A stretch of DNA of 64,000 nt from Acaryochloridaceae cyanobacterium VAR_48_metabat_390 (GTDB lineage Bacteria; Cyanobacteriota; Cyanobacteriia; Thermosynechococcales; Thermosynechococcaceae): positions 81,431-145,430 of the forward strand of contig JANPLU010000128.1 of assembly GCA_031422435.1 (NCBI GenBank). Reading direction: 5' to 3'. The notes beneath the pieces are model-generated. The model had not been told where the DNA came from, did no database searches, and saw only the letters and a program-made list of their open reading frames with translations. Below, in pieces: positions 9,059 through 19,812 of this stretch (position 1 is the stretch's first letter; each line of letters begins with the position of its first letter). The position numbers and the translations under genes are program-made.

Positions 9059-10295
9059 CAGGGCTGTTTCATTCACTTGAAAGACTTACTGTGCATCATT
9101 CCCTGTGCATTTGAACATAGGGTTATATCATCTTAAACAAGGATTTTAATTTGTCTAAGGTAAAACTAGCTAAGCGTTGAGCTTGAGCCATGTTTTCAGA
9201 ACCGCTTTCCCGATACAAATTCAGCGCGAGATTACGGGCAATTGCCCAAGATTGAATCAAAGGCGAGGTTCGAATTCGCGAGGCATCTTCGCCTTGTGTC
9301 ACATCTCGAACATGATGCACCTTATTTTCGACTCCCCAATATCCGCGAATTCGCTCAGCAATTGCTTTTACCAGCTCCCCAAAGGAAGCAACATAGTAAC
9401 GAGTTTCTATAGAGCTTTCAATGATATTGGCTCGATAGATTTGGCGTTGGGAGACGACTCGAATTATGGTGTGCAACCCTGGAAATGCCGGAATACCAGC
9501 TAAGTCATGACTAATACTGATTGTCCTTTTTTCAATACGTCCATGTCCTTTATTCATTTGTTTTATGGTCTCTTGAGCTTTGAAGTTAGCCTTAACTCCT
9601 TTAAGCAATCCAGATTGATTTCCCTTGAGTGCTCCTAGATAATCATTGCCACTATCTATGATTGTCTGAGCTATTTTTTTGGGTGCTGATTGCATCAAAA
9701 GCAAACACAACTCCCTTGAGAGCCAACTGTTCAATAAATGCAGGAAGTGCGGTAATCTCGTTCGTTTTTGAGTCAACCTCATACGGTTCGAGAATCAGGC
9801 CTCGTTCGACAATATAAGCACTGACAAGCATGATTGCTGGATGTGAGTCTACCCTTGGGTCATCACTGATGGCTTCGTAGGATCCCCGTAGCACTTTTCC
9901 GTCAGCCGCAATTGTTTCTCTAGGCAAGGGCTTAATCTCGAAAAACCGAGATAAACACCCTCCATACAAGCCATACTCTATCCTCAGCAGGGTACGTCTA
10001 ATTGTGCTGTAGGATGGCAAACGGCCTTTGGGAGGGTTAAACAAAATAACTAACTGAGCATGATATGCCTTTAACCAATCACCAATGGCGAGGAATCCAC
10101 GATTGCCTGCGGCTACGGCGAGGGTGAATAGGGCTAAGCATAACGCTTGAGTGTGTCGTCGCCCTTTAACACGACGGATATCAGGCAGATCGCGAAAGGC
10201 TTCAACAATAGCAATTTCAGACATTCGGATGACCTAACATGATTGGGGCTAACTCCCCACCATATCAATGACTCCATAAGAATGAAACAGCCCTG
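9059..10295 (-). mobile_element. ISAs1-family insertion sequence, complete (1237 bp)
   Basis: 16-bp perfect terminal IR CAGGGCTGTTTCATTC (9059-9074 and 10280-10295); 10-bp direct repeat GCGCACGTAG (9049-9058 and 10296-10305); transposase inside. Confidence 0.95.
9123..10224 (-). CDS. ISAs1-family transposase in two overlapping frames joined by a -1 shift at an A7 run
   Basis: ORF 9652-10224 (IAADGKVLRGS, KTNEITA, FDAISTQK) and ORF 9123-9782 (DYLGALKGNQ, GHGRIEKR, RGYWGVENKVHHVRDV); A7 at 9674-9680. Confidence 0.9.
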
Positions 10296-10364
10296 GCGCA
10301 CGTAGACATTGCCTAAAAAAATTAGCAAGGATTATATGCTGTTCTCTGTGGGTGATGTGACGTA

Positions 10365-10424
10365 TGTTGACAACCCGATTATGATTGAAGTGTTGACAAC
10401 AGTAGCCAACATTCTTGTTGACAA
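10365..10424. promoter_or_regulatory. three TGTTGACAA repeats upstream of the TA operon (candidate operators or -35 elements)
   Basis: Copies at 10365, 10391 and 10416; the middle one is the palindrome TGTTG-A-CAACA. Confidence 0.45.
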
Positions 10425-10631
10425 TACTAAAAAATCAATCATGATGGTGTTCTGACCGTTTTGAAAGGTTTTCTCTAGGTGTAAGCACTTGGAATTAAGA
10501 AGGATAATAGACTGCTAAAAATCTGCACGAAAATCTCAACTCTAACAAGGTTTCAGATGCTTACCAGGATTGCTAAGGTCATGCTAAGAAAAACTATGCA
10601 GACTAAGAGATAACAAAAAAAGGACTCAGTT

Positions 10632-11135
10632 ATGGATGCTGTATTGAGAAACGATACAAAAAAAATAATTGCAATTAATATTCAAGACTTTTCGTCACGT
10701 TTAATGGCTGGTAGATTTGATGATTTATCAGCTTTAGCTCAATCGTTATTAAGTATGGGAGAGCCTAAAGAAGTTTTCCGTGTCTTTAAGTTCCCTGAGC
10801 TTTCAGCAGCAATGCTTTGGGAAGATTCCTCTCAAGAAGAAAAAGACGAGCTTTTTCAAAAATGTATAGGTGATAAGGGCATTATTATGCGTGGTGAATC
10901 ATCTATGAAATTAAAAATATTTATATTAGAATTAAAACTTTCTTTTTTGACTCGAAGAAATTTTATTACATTCATACCTCGTTTTTTTGAATTTAATCAT
11001 AGATTTGCACTAGCGCTGGAGAGTTTAAAGGAAAAAGATGATATTCTGAAGGGGTTTCGTCAAAGCTGGATTGATGCGATTGAGGGAAAGACATACCCTG
11101 TAGAAGATCTTTGGGAACAAGTTGAATGTGAGTAA
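10632..11135 (+). CDS. putative antitoxin with long N-terminal extension
   Basis: C-terminal GFRQSWIDAIEGKTYPVEDLW resembles cyanobacterial antitoxin tails; overlaps the toxin start; low GC. Confidence 0.6.
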   Translation: MDAVLRNDTKKIIAINIQDFSSRLMAGRFDDLSALAQSLLSMGEPKEVFRVFKFPELSAAMLWEDSSQEEKDELFQKCIGDKGIIMRGESSMKLKIFILELKLSFLTRRNFITFIPRFFEFNHRFALALESLKEKDDILKGFRQSWIDAIEGKTYPVEDLWEQVECE

Positions 11136-11526
11136 GGATGAGTATTTAGTTAAGGTTTCTTATACTGCTGACTTTTTAAGAAGTCTGAAAAGATTAAAAA
11201 AGGATCAGCCAAACATAAAACAAGATTTGAACCCAGTAATCGAAGATCTGAGGAATGGACAAGTTCTTCGTGATAGAATTCCAGGAGTAGGGAAACCTGT
11301 CTATAAAGTAAGGGTTAAAAATAGTGACAAAAAATTAGGTAAAAGCTATGGATATCGATTAATTTATTACTTAATTGATTCTGGTTTGGTTTCTTTGTTG
11401 ACTATATACTCAAAAGTAGACACAAAAAACATAAAGCCAAAAGAGATAATTGATTTACTATATGTCAGCTCAGATGATATTTCTGATTTAATAAATAAAC
11501 TATATCCTGAAAATATTTCGGAATAG
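11122..11526 (+). CDS. type II toxin, RelE/ParE (HigB-like) family
   Basis: FLRSLKRLKK...VYKVRVKNSD..GKSYGYRLIYY...LLTIYSK; GTG at 11128 is an alternative start. Confidence 0.85.
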   Translation: MNVSKDEYLVKVSYTADFLRSLKRLKKDQPNIKQDLNPVIEDLRNGQVLRDRIPGVGKPVYKVRVKNSDKKLGKSYGYRLIYYLIDSGLVSLLTIYSKVDTKNIKPKEIIDLLYVSSDDISDLINKLYPENISE

Positions 11527-11593
11527 ATTTTTAAACAAACTGTCAAGAATCTCTTGATAAGTTTGGGTTTCTACTTGTTCGGTGCATCTGTCC

Positions 11594-13477
11594 CTACGAG
11601 GGGTGAAAATAATCGTAAATTTGTTGGGCTAAGCGTGGCCCAATAGTGGGAACCTCGGCAATCTGTGCGGGTAAGGCTTCGCGGATATAGTCGATGGAGC
11701 GAAATACGCTCAAGAGCTGCTTTTGCCGATGGTGCCCAAGCCCTGGAATTTCATCCAAACGCGATCGCCGCATTCTTTCAGTCCGCTGCTGACGGTGAAA
11801 GCTGACGGCAAACCGATGGGCTTCGTCTCGCAGCCGTCGTAAAAGCTGGACTCCTGGCTGTTCGGCTTCGGTTTCTAAAGGGTTAGATTCCCCTGGTAAA
11901 AACACTTCTTCTCGCTGTTTGGCAAGGCTAATCACCGTCAGCTCATCCATTAGCCCCATTTCGGTTAGCACGCTCACTACGCTTGAAAGCTGGCCTTTGC
12001 CGCCGTCAATCATCACCACGTCAGGCCAGTCTTCAGCGCCTGTGCGGGGTTTCTCGGGGTGCAGCCCATAGTCTCTAAAGCGTCGCCCAATCACCTCGGC
12101 AAGGCTGGCAAAGTCATCGGAGTGGCCTGTCTTAATGTTGGGGTTGCGGATTTTGTAGCGGCGATAGTGCTGCTTGGCGGGCATTCCTTCGACAAACACG
12201 ACCCTCGATGCCACCGCATCTGAACCTTGAATGTGGGAAATATCGTAGCCTTCAATTCGGCGCGGCACGTCTGGTAAATCCAGCAAGGCCGATAAGTCTT
12301 CCATTGCGCTGAGGTTGCGATCGCGGGTTTTCTGAGCGCGAGCCAGTTCGTACTGGGCGTTGCGCTCTACCATTTCAATCAGGTCGGCTTTGGTCTGGCG
12401 CTGGGGGCACACGATGGTGACCTTTCGACCTTTGCGATCGCTTAAATACTCTGCCAAAATCTCTGTTTCAGGCAGATCTTCCTGCACTAAAATTTCAGCA
12501 GGGAACTCTACTGGCTCAGCACTGGCGTAGTGGTTCTCTAAGACGCGCTGCAAAATTTGCCCTACAGAGCCAGACTGGGCATCTGCCACAAACCCTAATC
12601 GCCCTACCAGTCGCCCTGCCCGAATTTGGAAGAGCTGTACACACGCATACTCATCATCGCTAGAGAGGGCGATCGCATCTCTTGACACCGTATCGTCTGG
12701 CAATGAAACCTTTTGGTCAGCACCCAGAGTCTTTAGCCCGTTAATCTGATCGCGCAGACGCGCTGCAACCTCAAAGTTTAAATCCTCAGCGGCCTTCTCC
12801 ATTTGGGCGGTCAATATCTCAATCAGCTCCCCCGCCCGCCCCTGGAACACCATTGCCACCTTGGTCATAATTTTGTGGTAGTCCTCGGTTGAGATCAGCT
12901 TTTGACAGACTCCAGGACAGCGACCAATATCGAAGTTAAGACAGGGACGATCTTTAAACAGGGGCTTTGGGCGCTGCCGCAGTGGAAACACGCGCTTGAT
13001 GATGCCCAAGGTTTGACGCAGCAAAAACGTATCGACGTAGGGACCGTAATAGCGATCGGCTTTTTTACCAAGCTGTCGTTTACGGGTAATAAAAATGCGC
13101 GGGTATGCCTCAGACCACGTAATGCAGACATAGGGGTACTTTTTGTCGTCTTTGAGCAGCACATTAAAGTGGGGCTGGTGCTGCTTGATGAGATTTGCTT
13201 CTAGGGCAAGGGCTTCGGCCTCTGTATCGGTGACGATAAACTCGATTTCAGCGACCTGCCGCACCATTAGCTCAATGCGAGGGCTAAGATCCTGCAAATT
13301 TCGGAAATATGACCGCACCCTAGACCGCAGCTTTTTTGATTTTCCAATGTATAAAATGTTGTCGCTGGTATCCCGCATGAAATAGACCCCCGGCTCAGGC
13401 GGAATTTCTTTGAGGCGATATTCGAGACGTTCTGGATCTTTGAGCAGCGCTTTGGGGTTTGACGTTTCGATCACCAT
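11594..13477 (-). CDS. uvrC: excinuclease ABC subunit C
   Basis: GIY-YIG N-terminus (PGVY...LYIGKSK), [25 protein letters not shown] and HhH tail. Confidence 0.98.
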   Translation of the reverse strand: MVIETSNPKALLKDPERLEYRLKEIPPEPGVYFMRDTSDNILYIGKSKKLRSRVRSYFRNLQDLSPRIELMVRQVAEIEFIVTDTEAEALALEANLIKQHQPHFNVLLKDDKKYPYVCITWSEAYPRIFITRKRQLGKKADRYYGPYVDTFLLRQTLGIIKRVFPLRQRPKPLFKDRPCLNFDIGRCPGVCQKLISTEDYHKIMTKVAMVFQGRAGELIEILTAQMEKAAEDLNFEVAARLRDQINGLKTLGADQKVSLPDDTVSRDAIALSSDDEYACVQLFQIRAGRLVGRLGFVADAQSGSVGQILQRVLENHYASAEPVEFPAEILVQEDLPETEILAEYLSDRKGRKVTIVCPQRQTKADLIEMVERNAQYELARAQKTRDRNLSAMEDLSALLDLPDVPRRIEGYDISHIQGSDAVASRVVFVEGMPAKQHYRRYKIRNPNIKTGHSDDFASLAEVIGRRFRDYGLHPEKPRTGAEDWPDVVMIDGGKGQLSSVVSVLTEMGLMDELTVISLAKQREEVFLPGESNPLETEAEQPGVQLLRRLRDEAHRFAVSFHRQQRTERMRRSRLDEIPGLGHHRQKQLLSVFRSIDYIREALPAQIAEVPTIGPRLAQQIYDYFHPS

Positions 13478-13584
13478 GTAACGTTGTGGGCATAATAAGT
13501 GAGCAGATCACTATTACGTATTGTAATGTTTGTCTGTGAAGGGTTAGAGCCTGTCTTCATAGGCAAACACAATTACAAACATTT

Positions 13585-14637
13585 ATGCTCCTTAGAACGT
13601 TACTTCAACTCTCGTTGACGTCTCCAGACGTTATGCTGCCTGATTGTTTACGTCAGCAGTTAAAGGTTGCTTCTATTCAGGACTGGAAAGATGTACTGAC
13701 CGACCTGGAATTACACCGCCTAATGCCGTTGGTTTATTATGGCGTTCAGGTTCATGACCTAACGGACAGTATTCCCAAGTTTGGGTTAAAAAAGCTATTG
13801 CAGGCGTACCTTTTTTCTTTAGGGCGTAATGAGATTTTCTTTAAGACCTTGGCGACTGTTTTGGAAGAGACTTATGCGGCAGGTGTGCAGCCAGTTCTAT
13901 GGAAAGGGATTGTGCTTGCCGACCAGCTTTACCCGAACCGAGCCATTCGTATGATGGGTGACATTGATTGGGCGATCGCTCCCCATGAATTAGAAATAGT
14001 TAGCCAAGTGTTTAATCGGCTCGGCTTTACGCTTCAAGATCAGATGACCACATCAGATGCCGTCTATTTCATGGGCAAAAATCGCGTTGTGTTTGATGTG
14101 CATCATCGTGTGCGCCTCTTTGAAACAAAAGAGCATCTGTCGCTAACACAAACGCTGACTCCATTGACCGCAAGACTCCCACAAATTCACGTATTAGAAC
14201 CAACTGCTATGCTGACGCACCTGACCGTTCATATGACGGGGCATAAGGCAGAAACAGGACCGCTGCTCTTTTGGATTATGGATTTTGTGTTTTTATTGCG
14301 TAAATGGGGACATCTCATCGATTGGAATCTCTTAAATCAGCTGATGCCAGATGCAGAGAGTTGGGATTTTCTAGGACGACTGCTGCGCTTTCTAGAAGTT
14401 GAACTAAACGAAACGCTACCGCCCGATTTGGCAAAGTTTTCTCAAGAATATAAGCCTCTGACCTTGGAGTTAATTACGCGTCAGTGTCGGTTAGCGGTAT
14501 GGGGATTGCCATTGCCGAAAGGATGGCTCAAGCTAATTGCCTATCGTTTGGGGCTGAAGTCTTCTCGAAAACTAAAATACCCGCAAATAAGTGATTTGTT
14601 TATGTGGGCTGTAGATGCTGCTTCGCTAAACTCTTAA
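13585..14637 (+). CDS. nucleotidyltransferase family protein (NTP_transf_5-like)
   Basis: LWKGIVLADQLYP..IRMMGDIDW and FDVHHR motifs. Confidence 0.8.
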   Translation: MLLRTLLQLSLTSPDVMLPDCLRQQLKVASIQDWKDVLTDLELHRLMPLVYYGVQVHDLTDSIPKFGLKKLLQAYLFSLGRNEIFFKTLATVLEETYAAGVQPVLWKGIVLADQLYPNRAIRMMGDIDWAIAPHELEIVSQVFNRLGFTLQDQMTTSDAVYFMGKNRVVFDVHHRVRLFETKEHLSLTQTLTPLTARLPQIHVLEPTAMLTHLTVHMTGHKAETGPLLFWIMDFVFLLRKWGHLIDWNLLNQLMPDAESWDFLGRLLRFLEVELNETLPPDLAKFSQEYKPLTLELITRQCRLAVWGLPLPKGWLKLIAYRLGLKSSRKLKYPQISDLFMWAVDAASLNS

Positions 14638-14645
14638 AAATTCAT

Positions 14646-15830
14646 ATGAAAAAGCGTTTACTATTTATACAGTTTGCTGGCGATTACCGTGAAGCCGTAA
14701 AGTGTTTTTCTGAAGGTGGAAACGAAACCTATTATGCGCAAAAATATTCTGTCAATGTCGTGGCTGAGGCTGGCAAAGTAGTAGATGAGGTTGCAACACT
14801 TTGCTGCATGACTGAAGAATATTATGATGAAGTGCTTGAGAATGGCGTTCGATCAATCGGTGCTGGCTTTAAGGATAAAATTCATACCCCTCGCCTTATT
14901 CAGTTAATTGAAAAATATCAGCCTACCCATGTTGTAATTCGGGCACCCCTCAGAGGAGTAATCCGTTGGTCTATTCGGCACAAGCTTAAGATATTGCTAA
15001 CGCTGGCAGATTCTTTTGGCCTGCCTCAACTCAAAATGATGTTTCAAAACTACCAGCTGAGCCAACTTTTGAATCATAAACAGGTTGACTGGGTGGGGAA
15101 TCATGGCATAACAGCGTCTAAGTCCTTAGAAAAAATAGGAGTTGATGCTAGAAAAATTATTCCTTGGGACTGGCCTCACCCTGTTTCACCTCGCTTTTTT
15201 CCTGTTAAGAATTTGCTACTTAGTCCAAATCTTTGGACGTTAGTTTATGTAGGAGGGATTCAATTTAATAAGGGTTTTGAAGATATATTGACGGCAATTT
15301 CGATGTTGACGCATAGAGGATTTCCCGTCCATCTCAAAGCAGCAGGGGTAGGGGATGTAGAACTATTTGTTAGAAAAAGTCACGATCTGAATATATCAAA
15401 TCGCGTAAGCTTTCTAGGCTCAGTTCCCAATGGTGAGATAATTTCTTTGATGAGGGATTCAGACTTGGTTTTAGTTCCAAGCCGTCATGAATATCCAGAA
15501 GGGTTTCCGATGACTATATATGAGGCACTTTGCTCTCGTACACCGCTGGTGGTCTCAGACCATCCGATGTTTTTAGATACCTTAATTCATGAAGTAAATG
15601 CGTTGATTTTTCCGGCAGGAAATGCGATCGCCTTCTCTCAAAATATTGAAAATTTACTGTCTTCGCCTGAGCTTTACACCCGCCTTTCAATTGCTTCTGG
15701 TGAAACCTGGGAGAGGCTTCAGCTCAAAGCGAAGTGGGGTGACGTTGTTCATCACTGGCTGGGTAACACCGATGCAGATCGGCAGTGGCTTCGGTCATGT
15801 AGTTTAGCTTCTCAGCGCGAGGCTCCATAA
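14646..15830 (+). CDS. glycosyltransferase family 4 (GT-B)
   Basis: VYVGGIQFNKG, VPSRHEYPEGFPMTIYEAL; ATG at 14646 preferred over the ORF-track start 14604. Confidence 0.88.
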   Translation: MKKRLLFIQFAGDYREAVKCFSEGGNETYYAQKYSVNVVAEAGKVVDEVATLCCMTEEYYDEVLENGVRSIGAGFKDKIHTPRLIQLIEKYQPTHVVIRAPLRGVIRWSIRHKLKILLTLADSFGLPQLKMMFQNYQLSQLLNHKQVDWVGNHGITASKSLEKIGVDARKIIPWDWPHPVSPRFFPVKNLLLSPNLWTLVYVGGIQFNKGFEDILTAISMLTHRGFPVHLKAAGVGDVELFVRKSHDLNISNRVSFLGSVPNGEIISLMRDSDLVLVPSRHEYPEGFPMTIYEALCSRTPLVVSDHPMFLDTLIHEVNALIFPAGNAIAFSQNIENLLSSPELYTRLSIASGETWERLQLKAKWGDVVHHWLGNTDADRQWLRSCSLASQREAP

Positions 15831-15836
15831 AGACGC

Positions 15837-16265
15837 TTACTGAGCGTCTACGGCTAGGGCTACGCGATCGCCCCCAATGGCGCGGATCTGCCCCAAGATC
15901 TTTGCTAGTTTGTCATAGGTTAAGGTTTTGTCTGCCTGCAATACGACAACACCCTCAGGGGACTTCTGAAAATACTCCTGAAGCTCAGTATCTAATTGAG
16001 CAGGTTCTACGGGCTTATTCTTAATCATGATTTGCCCCTGCATATTCATCCCCACCATTAAAGGTTCCGGCGCTTTATCATCTTGGGCTGATGGTTTTGC
16101 ACCACTATCCGTTCTGGGCAAATTGACCCCAATCACGTTTTGCCCTGTTGAGAGGGTCATGGAGATAATGATGAAAAATGTTAGAACCACCATCAATACA
16201 TCCATCATTGGAATGAGATTGACCTCTGTCATTGGCGCTTGATGATTTTGACGGCTATAGCCCAC
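15837..16265 (-). CDS. exbD: ExbD/TolR biopolymer transport protein
   Basis: EVNLIPMMDVLMVVLTFFII and VVLQADK motifs. Confidence 0.9.
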   Translation of the reverse strand: MGYSRQNHQAPMTEVNLIPMMDVLMVVLTFFIIISMTLSTGQNVIGVNLPRTDSGAKPSAQDDKAPEPLMVGMNMQGQIMIKNKPVEPAQLDTELQEYFQKSPEGVVVLQADKTLTYDKLAKILGQIRAIGGDRVALAVDAQ

Positions 16266-16308
16266 GGTAAACCTCAGTAGTGAATAAATAATCGGGTTTC
16301 CACTCTAA

Positions 16309-17034
16309 CTAATGAATGTCTACTAAGGAAGGTTTCTCTGGTCTATGTGCAGAAGATGGGTGAATTACAGCAGAAGATGGTCCGCCATTAAACGATTTAA
16401 GTTCGCACCAAACTTGACGATAGATGAGTTCTAGCTCGTTGCCAACTTCTGTAAAGTAGTCGACTTGCTGAGCCTGAAGCGAAATAAAAATTCTCAAAAA
16501 CAACAGCGCAAGGATCGCGACAATCATCCCCGTGGCTGTGGCAATCAAGGCTTCGCCAATCCCAGCCGCGGCTTTGGAGGCAGACTCTGAGGATGCACCT
16601 CCCCCAGCTCCAATTTGGAGGCTACCAAAGGTTGTAATAAGACCTGTCACAGTTCCTAGTAAACCTAGCAATGGCGAAAGCGCAACGACGGTCTCAAAAA
16701 GTTTGTCGCCCTTTCGCATCCTCACAAATTCTTTATCTGCGGATGCCTCTAACGCCAAGTGAAAGGTTTCTGGCGTTGGCTGATTTAGTCGCAGTGGAGC
16801 CAGTAAGAACCGCCCAATGGGTGAAGCTTTAGCGTATCCCGCAATGGTTGCAGCTTCGTCCAAATCTTTATGAGCAGCCTGCAAAACATCATGGACAAGT
16901 TGTTTTTCATGACTCAGCAAGCGTATCCAAAACCAGGCTCTCTCCAGAGCAAAAGTCAAGGTTGCTACCGATAAGCTAAGGAGAGGAACCATAACTGGTC
17001 CTCCTTCTGCCACTAAATCTAGAATTTTGGACAT
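16309..17034 (-). CDS. exbB: ExbB/MotA/TolQ proton channel protein
   Basis: SPLLGLLGTVTGLI and GIGEALIATATG motifs; upstream of exbD. Confidence 0.9.
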   Translation of the reverse strand: MSKILDLVAEGGPVMVPLLSLSVATLTFALERAWFWIRLLSHEKQLVHDVLQAAHKDLDEAATIAGYAKASPIGRFLLAPLRLNQPTPETFHLALEASADKEFVRMRKGDKLFETVVALSPLLGLLGTVTGLITTFGSLQIGAGGGASSESASKAAAGIGEALIATATGMIVAILALLFLRIFISLQAQQVDYFTEVGNELELIYRQVWCELKSFNGGPSSAVIHPSSAHRPEKPSLVDIH

Positions 17035-17422
17035 ATACTCCCAGGCGACTGCTGAAATAAAGGAATTGCCAATTTTAAAAGCTCTTTAGTTTTAAGCTAG
17101 CGGACGGATGCACGGCAATGGGTTAAGAAAAATTTATAAAAAGGTTAAAAATCAATAATTGTTTAGAAAACTTTTAGTGAAAATAGCTTGAATCCGCTGT
17201 GGACTGCCTAAGCTTGAAAAGTCTTAAGGATATTTCTACTGTTCGTTGATTGCTGAATTGCCCTTATCTTTCAGGTTTAGCTTTGCAAAACGGTCATAGT
17301 GGCATAGTAAAGTTTAACAGCGCAAGTGTAGTAGTAGAGAGACGCTACGGTGATACGCTCTAGTAAGAGCTGTGTTTATCATTCTAAGATCTTGTTGTTA
17401 AGACAGGGAGGGAGTTTAGGAT

Positions 17423-17851
17423 ATGAAGTCCTTTGTTCAACGTAGTGGTTTTTTAAGTGTTGTGCTGGTGGGTTTTCTGGGCATTCTGAGCTGGTTTGGC
17501 CCTGTTAACGCAGCAATTCTCAAGGTTGTGCCGCATTCGATGACGTTTGCTGTAGAAGCGGTTAGTAATGCGGCAGATTCTAAACTAGGCAGTGAATATG
17601 GTCAAAAAATAGACTTGAATAATGCCAATATTACCGCCTTTGCCCAGTATCAGGGGCTATACCCGACCCTAGCGCGTCTTGTGATTAAAAATGCACCGTA
17701 CGATTCAGTAGAAGATGTTTTAGACATTGAAGGGCTGTCAGATCGTCCAAAAACGACTCTAGAAGCAAACTTCGATCACTTTACCGTCACCTCTGTTGAA
17801 ACGGCGCTGGTGAGCGGTGATGACCGCTACAACAACGGTGTTTACAGATAG
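17423..17851 (+). CDS. psbU: photosystem II 12 kDa extrinsic protein
   Basis: [27 protein letters not shown] and DRYNNGVY motifs. Confidence 0.96.
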   Translation: MKSFVQRSGFLSVVLVGFLGILSWFGPVNAAILKVVPHSMTFAVEAVSNAADSKLGSEYGQKIDLNNANITAFAQYQGLYPTLARLVIKNAPYDSVEDVLDIEGLSDRPKTTLEANFDHFTVTSVETALVSGDDRYNNGVYR

Positions 17852-17873
17852 CTTCTGGGTCTAGCTAGAGGTC

Positions 17874-17916
17874 AAATTGAATGGCAGCCGTGCACAGCGC
17901 GGCTGCCATTCAATTT
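17874..17916 (+). terminator. hairpin after psbU
   Basis: AAATTGAATGGCAGCCG...CGGCTGCCATTCAATTT. Confidence 0.75.
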
Positions 17917-17940
17917 ATGTGTTCTCTTTTTTAAATAAGG

Positions 17941-19725
17941 TTGGACTGCGCTAAGATACTTTCCAACCCATCGGAGTTTGACGGGACTTTGCAACCCTCT
18001 CTACCTGATCCTAAAGCGAGTTGTTTTGATGTGCTCATTGTGGGTGGAGGTGCGGCTGGGCTGTATGCTGCACTGTCGATCCATCAAAGTTTGAGCGTTG
18101 GTTTAGTCAGTAAAGAAGCATTATCGTTGTCCGCGAGTGGCTGGGCGCAGGGGGGTATTGCGGCGGCAATAGACTCTAATGATTCCCCTGAGCTTCATGC
18201 TCAAGATACGCTGGTAGCGGGTGCGGGGCTATGTGAGCCTGCGGCGGTTCAGTTTTTGGTAGAGCAGGCTCCAGCTCAGGTGAAGGTTTTGCTCGAGATG
18301 GGCATTGCTTTTGATCGCAGCGCAGACGGTCTGGCTTTTACGTTAGAGGCGGCGCACTCTCGACCACGGGTGCTGCACTCGGCCGATACAACTGGGAAAG
18401 CCCTGATTCAGACGCTTACTCATCAAGTCTTTCGGCGCGCGAATATCAAGATTTTTTCTGGTGCGTTTACGTTGAGCCTTTGGACAGATCCGGAAACTCA
18501 GATCTGTCAGGGTATTTGCGTGATGACGGTAGAGGGTGTGATTTGGCTGAGGGCACCGAGGGTTATTCTAGCGACGGGGGGGGGCGGTCAGGTCTATGCA
18601 CAGACGACAAATCCGGCATTAAGTACGGGAGATGGGGCGGCGATCGCCTGGCGTTCTGGCGCAGTCCTCCGTGATCTAGAGTTTTTCCAGTTTCACCCCA
18701 CGGCGCTAACGGTGGAGGGCGCACCTCGATTTTTGATTTCTGAAGCGGTGCGAGGCGAAGGCGCTCACCTGATCGATGCCAATCAGCACCGCTTTATGTT
18801 TGACTACCATCCTCTGGGAGAACTGGCACCACGGGATGTGGTGAGTCGATCTATTTTTATGCACCTGCAAAAAATGGGCAAAACCTTAGAAGGTGCCGTG
18901 CCAGAAAATGTTTGGCTGGATCTGCGGTCAATTGAACCCGAGCAGGTACAGCGCCGCTTCCCTAAAATTATTCAGGTTTGTAAAAAGTGGGGCATTGATG
19001 TGTTTTCGCAGCCGATTCCGGTTGCGCCTGCTGCCCATTATTGGATGGGCGGCATTGTGACGAGGCTGGATGGTCAGACTACGATTCCTGGACTGTATGC
19101 CGTTGGTGAGGTGGCGAGTACAGGGGTGCATGGTGCTAATCGGCTCGCCAGCAACTCGCTTCTAGAATGTTTGGTTTTTGGAGCGCAGTTTGGGGGGGCG
19201 CTAGAACCGCTGCCACTTCTCGATGGGGCAGATGCAGCAGATCCTGTCTCTCTCGTAGAGAGACAAGAATGGGTTCAAATAGATTGGTGTGCCGATGCAG
19301 AAATGATTGACCAAATCCATCAGGCGATTCCGGCGTTGATGTGGAGCCATGCGGGAATTTGCCGAGAAGCTTCTCGGTTAGAGGCGGCGATCGCCCAGGT
19401 CAGCCACTGGCGACAGCAGCTTCACGGACTAAAGCTCACTCAACTTCTCACAAATTTGCGTCCTGGCGTTTCTTTGCCGCTACCAGACCCTGTATCTCGC
19501 AAACGAATTCGGCGCTGGGCTGAAACCCAAAATTTACTCGATAATGCTGATTTAATCTTAAAAAGCGCTTTATTTCGGACTGAAAGCCGAGGAGGGCACT
19601 ATCGCATTGATTTTCCTGCTACTGATGCGTCTTGGCAGTTACATACTCAGGTCAAGGGCGATGCATGGATGCAATCGCGCCCCGTTGAGGCTGCTTCAGA
19701 CTTTGGGGATAAGGCGGTGCTGTGA
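17941..19725 (+). CDS. nadB: L-aspartate oxidase
   Basis: GGGAAGL, WAQGGIAA, QFHPTAL, LISEAVRGEGA, HYWMGG and GANRLASNSLLE; start uncertain. Confidence 0.95.
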   Translation: MDCAKILSNPSEFDGTLQPSLPDPKASCFDVLIVGGGAAGLYAALSIHQSLSVGLVSKEALSLSASGWAQGGIAAAIDSNDSPELHAQDTLVAGAGLCEPAAVQFLVEQAPAQVKVLLEMGIAFDRSADGLAFTLEAAHSRPRVLHSADTTGKALIQTLTHQVFRRANIKIFSGAFTLSLWTDPETQICQGICVMTVEGVIWLRAPRVILATGGGGQVYAQTTNPALSTGDGAAIAWRSGAVLRDLEFFQFHPTALTVEGAPRFLISEAVRGEGAHLIDANQHRFMFDYHPLGELAPRDVVSRSIFMHLQKMGKTLEGAVPENVWLDLRSIEPEQVQRRFPKIIQVCKKWGIDVFSQPIPVAPAAHYWMGGIVTRLDGQTTIPGLYAVGEVASTGVHGANRLASNSLLECLVFGAQFGGALEPLPLLDGADAADPVSLVERQEWVQIDWCADAEMIDQIHQAIPALMWSHAGICREASRLEAAIAQVSHWRQQLHGLKLTQLLTNLRPGVSLPLPDPVSRKRIRRWAETQNLLDNADLILKSALFRTESRGGHYRIDFPATDASWQLHTQVKGDAWMQSRPVEAASDFGDKAVL

Positions 19726-19812
19726 GACAATCACCACAAAGTAGATCCGTTATCTCTAGCCCAACGCACTAAATGTTTTGAGCGTGGGATTTGATCCTTT
19801 CCTTGGCTATTC

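Noticed and set aside
17035..17422. Fur box upstream of exbB-exbD
   Set aside because: AT-rich, but no convincing GATAATGATAATCATTATC-like match found
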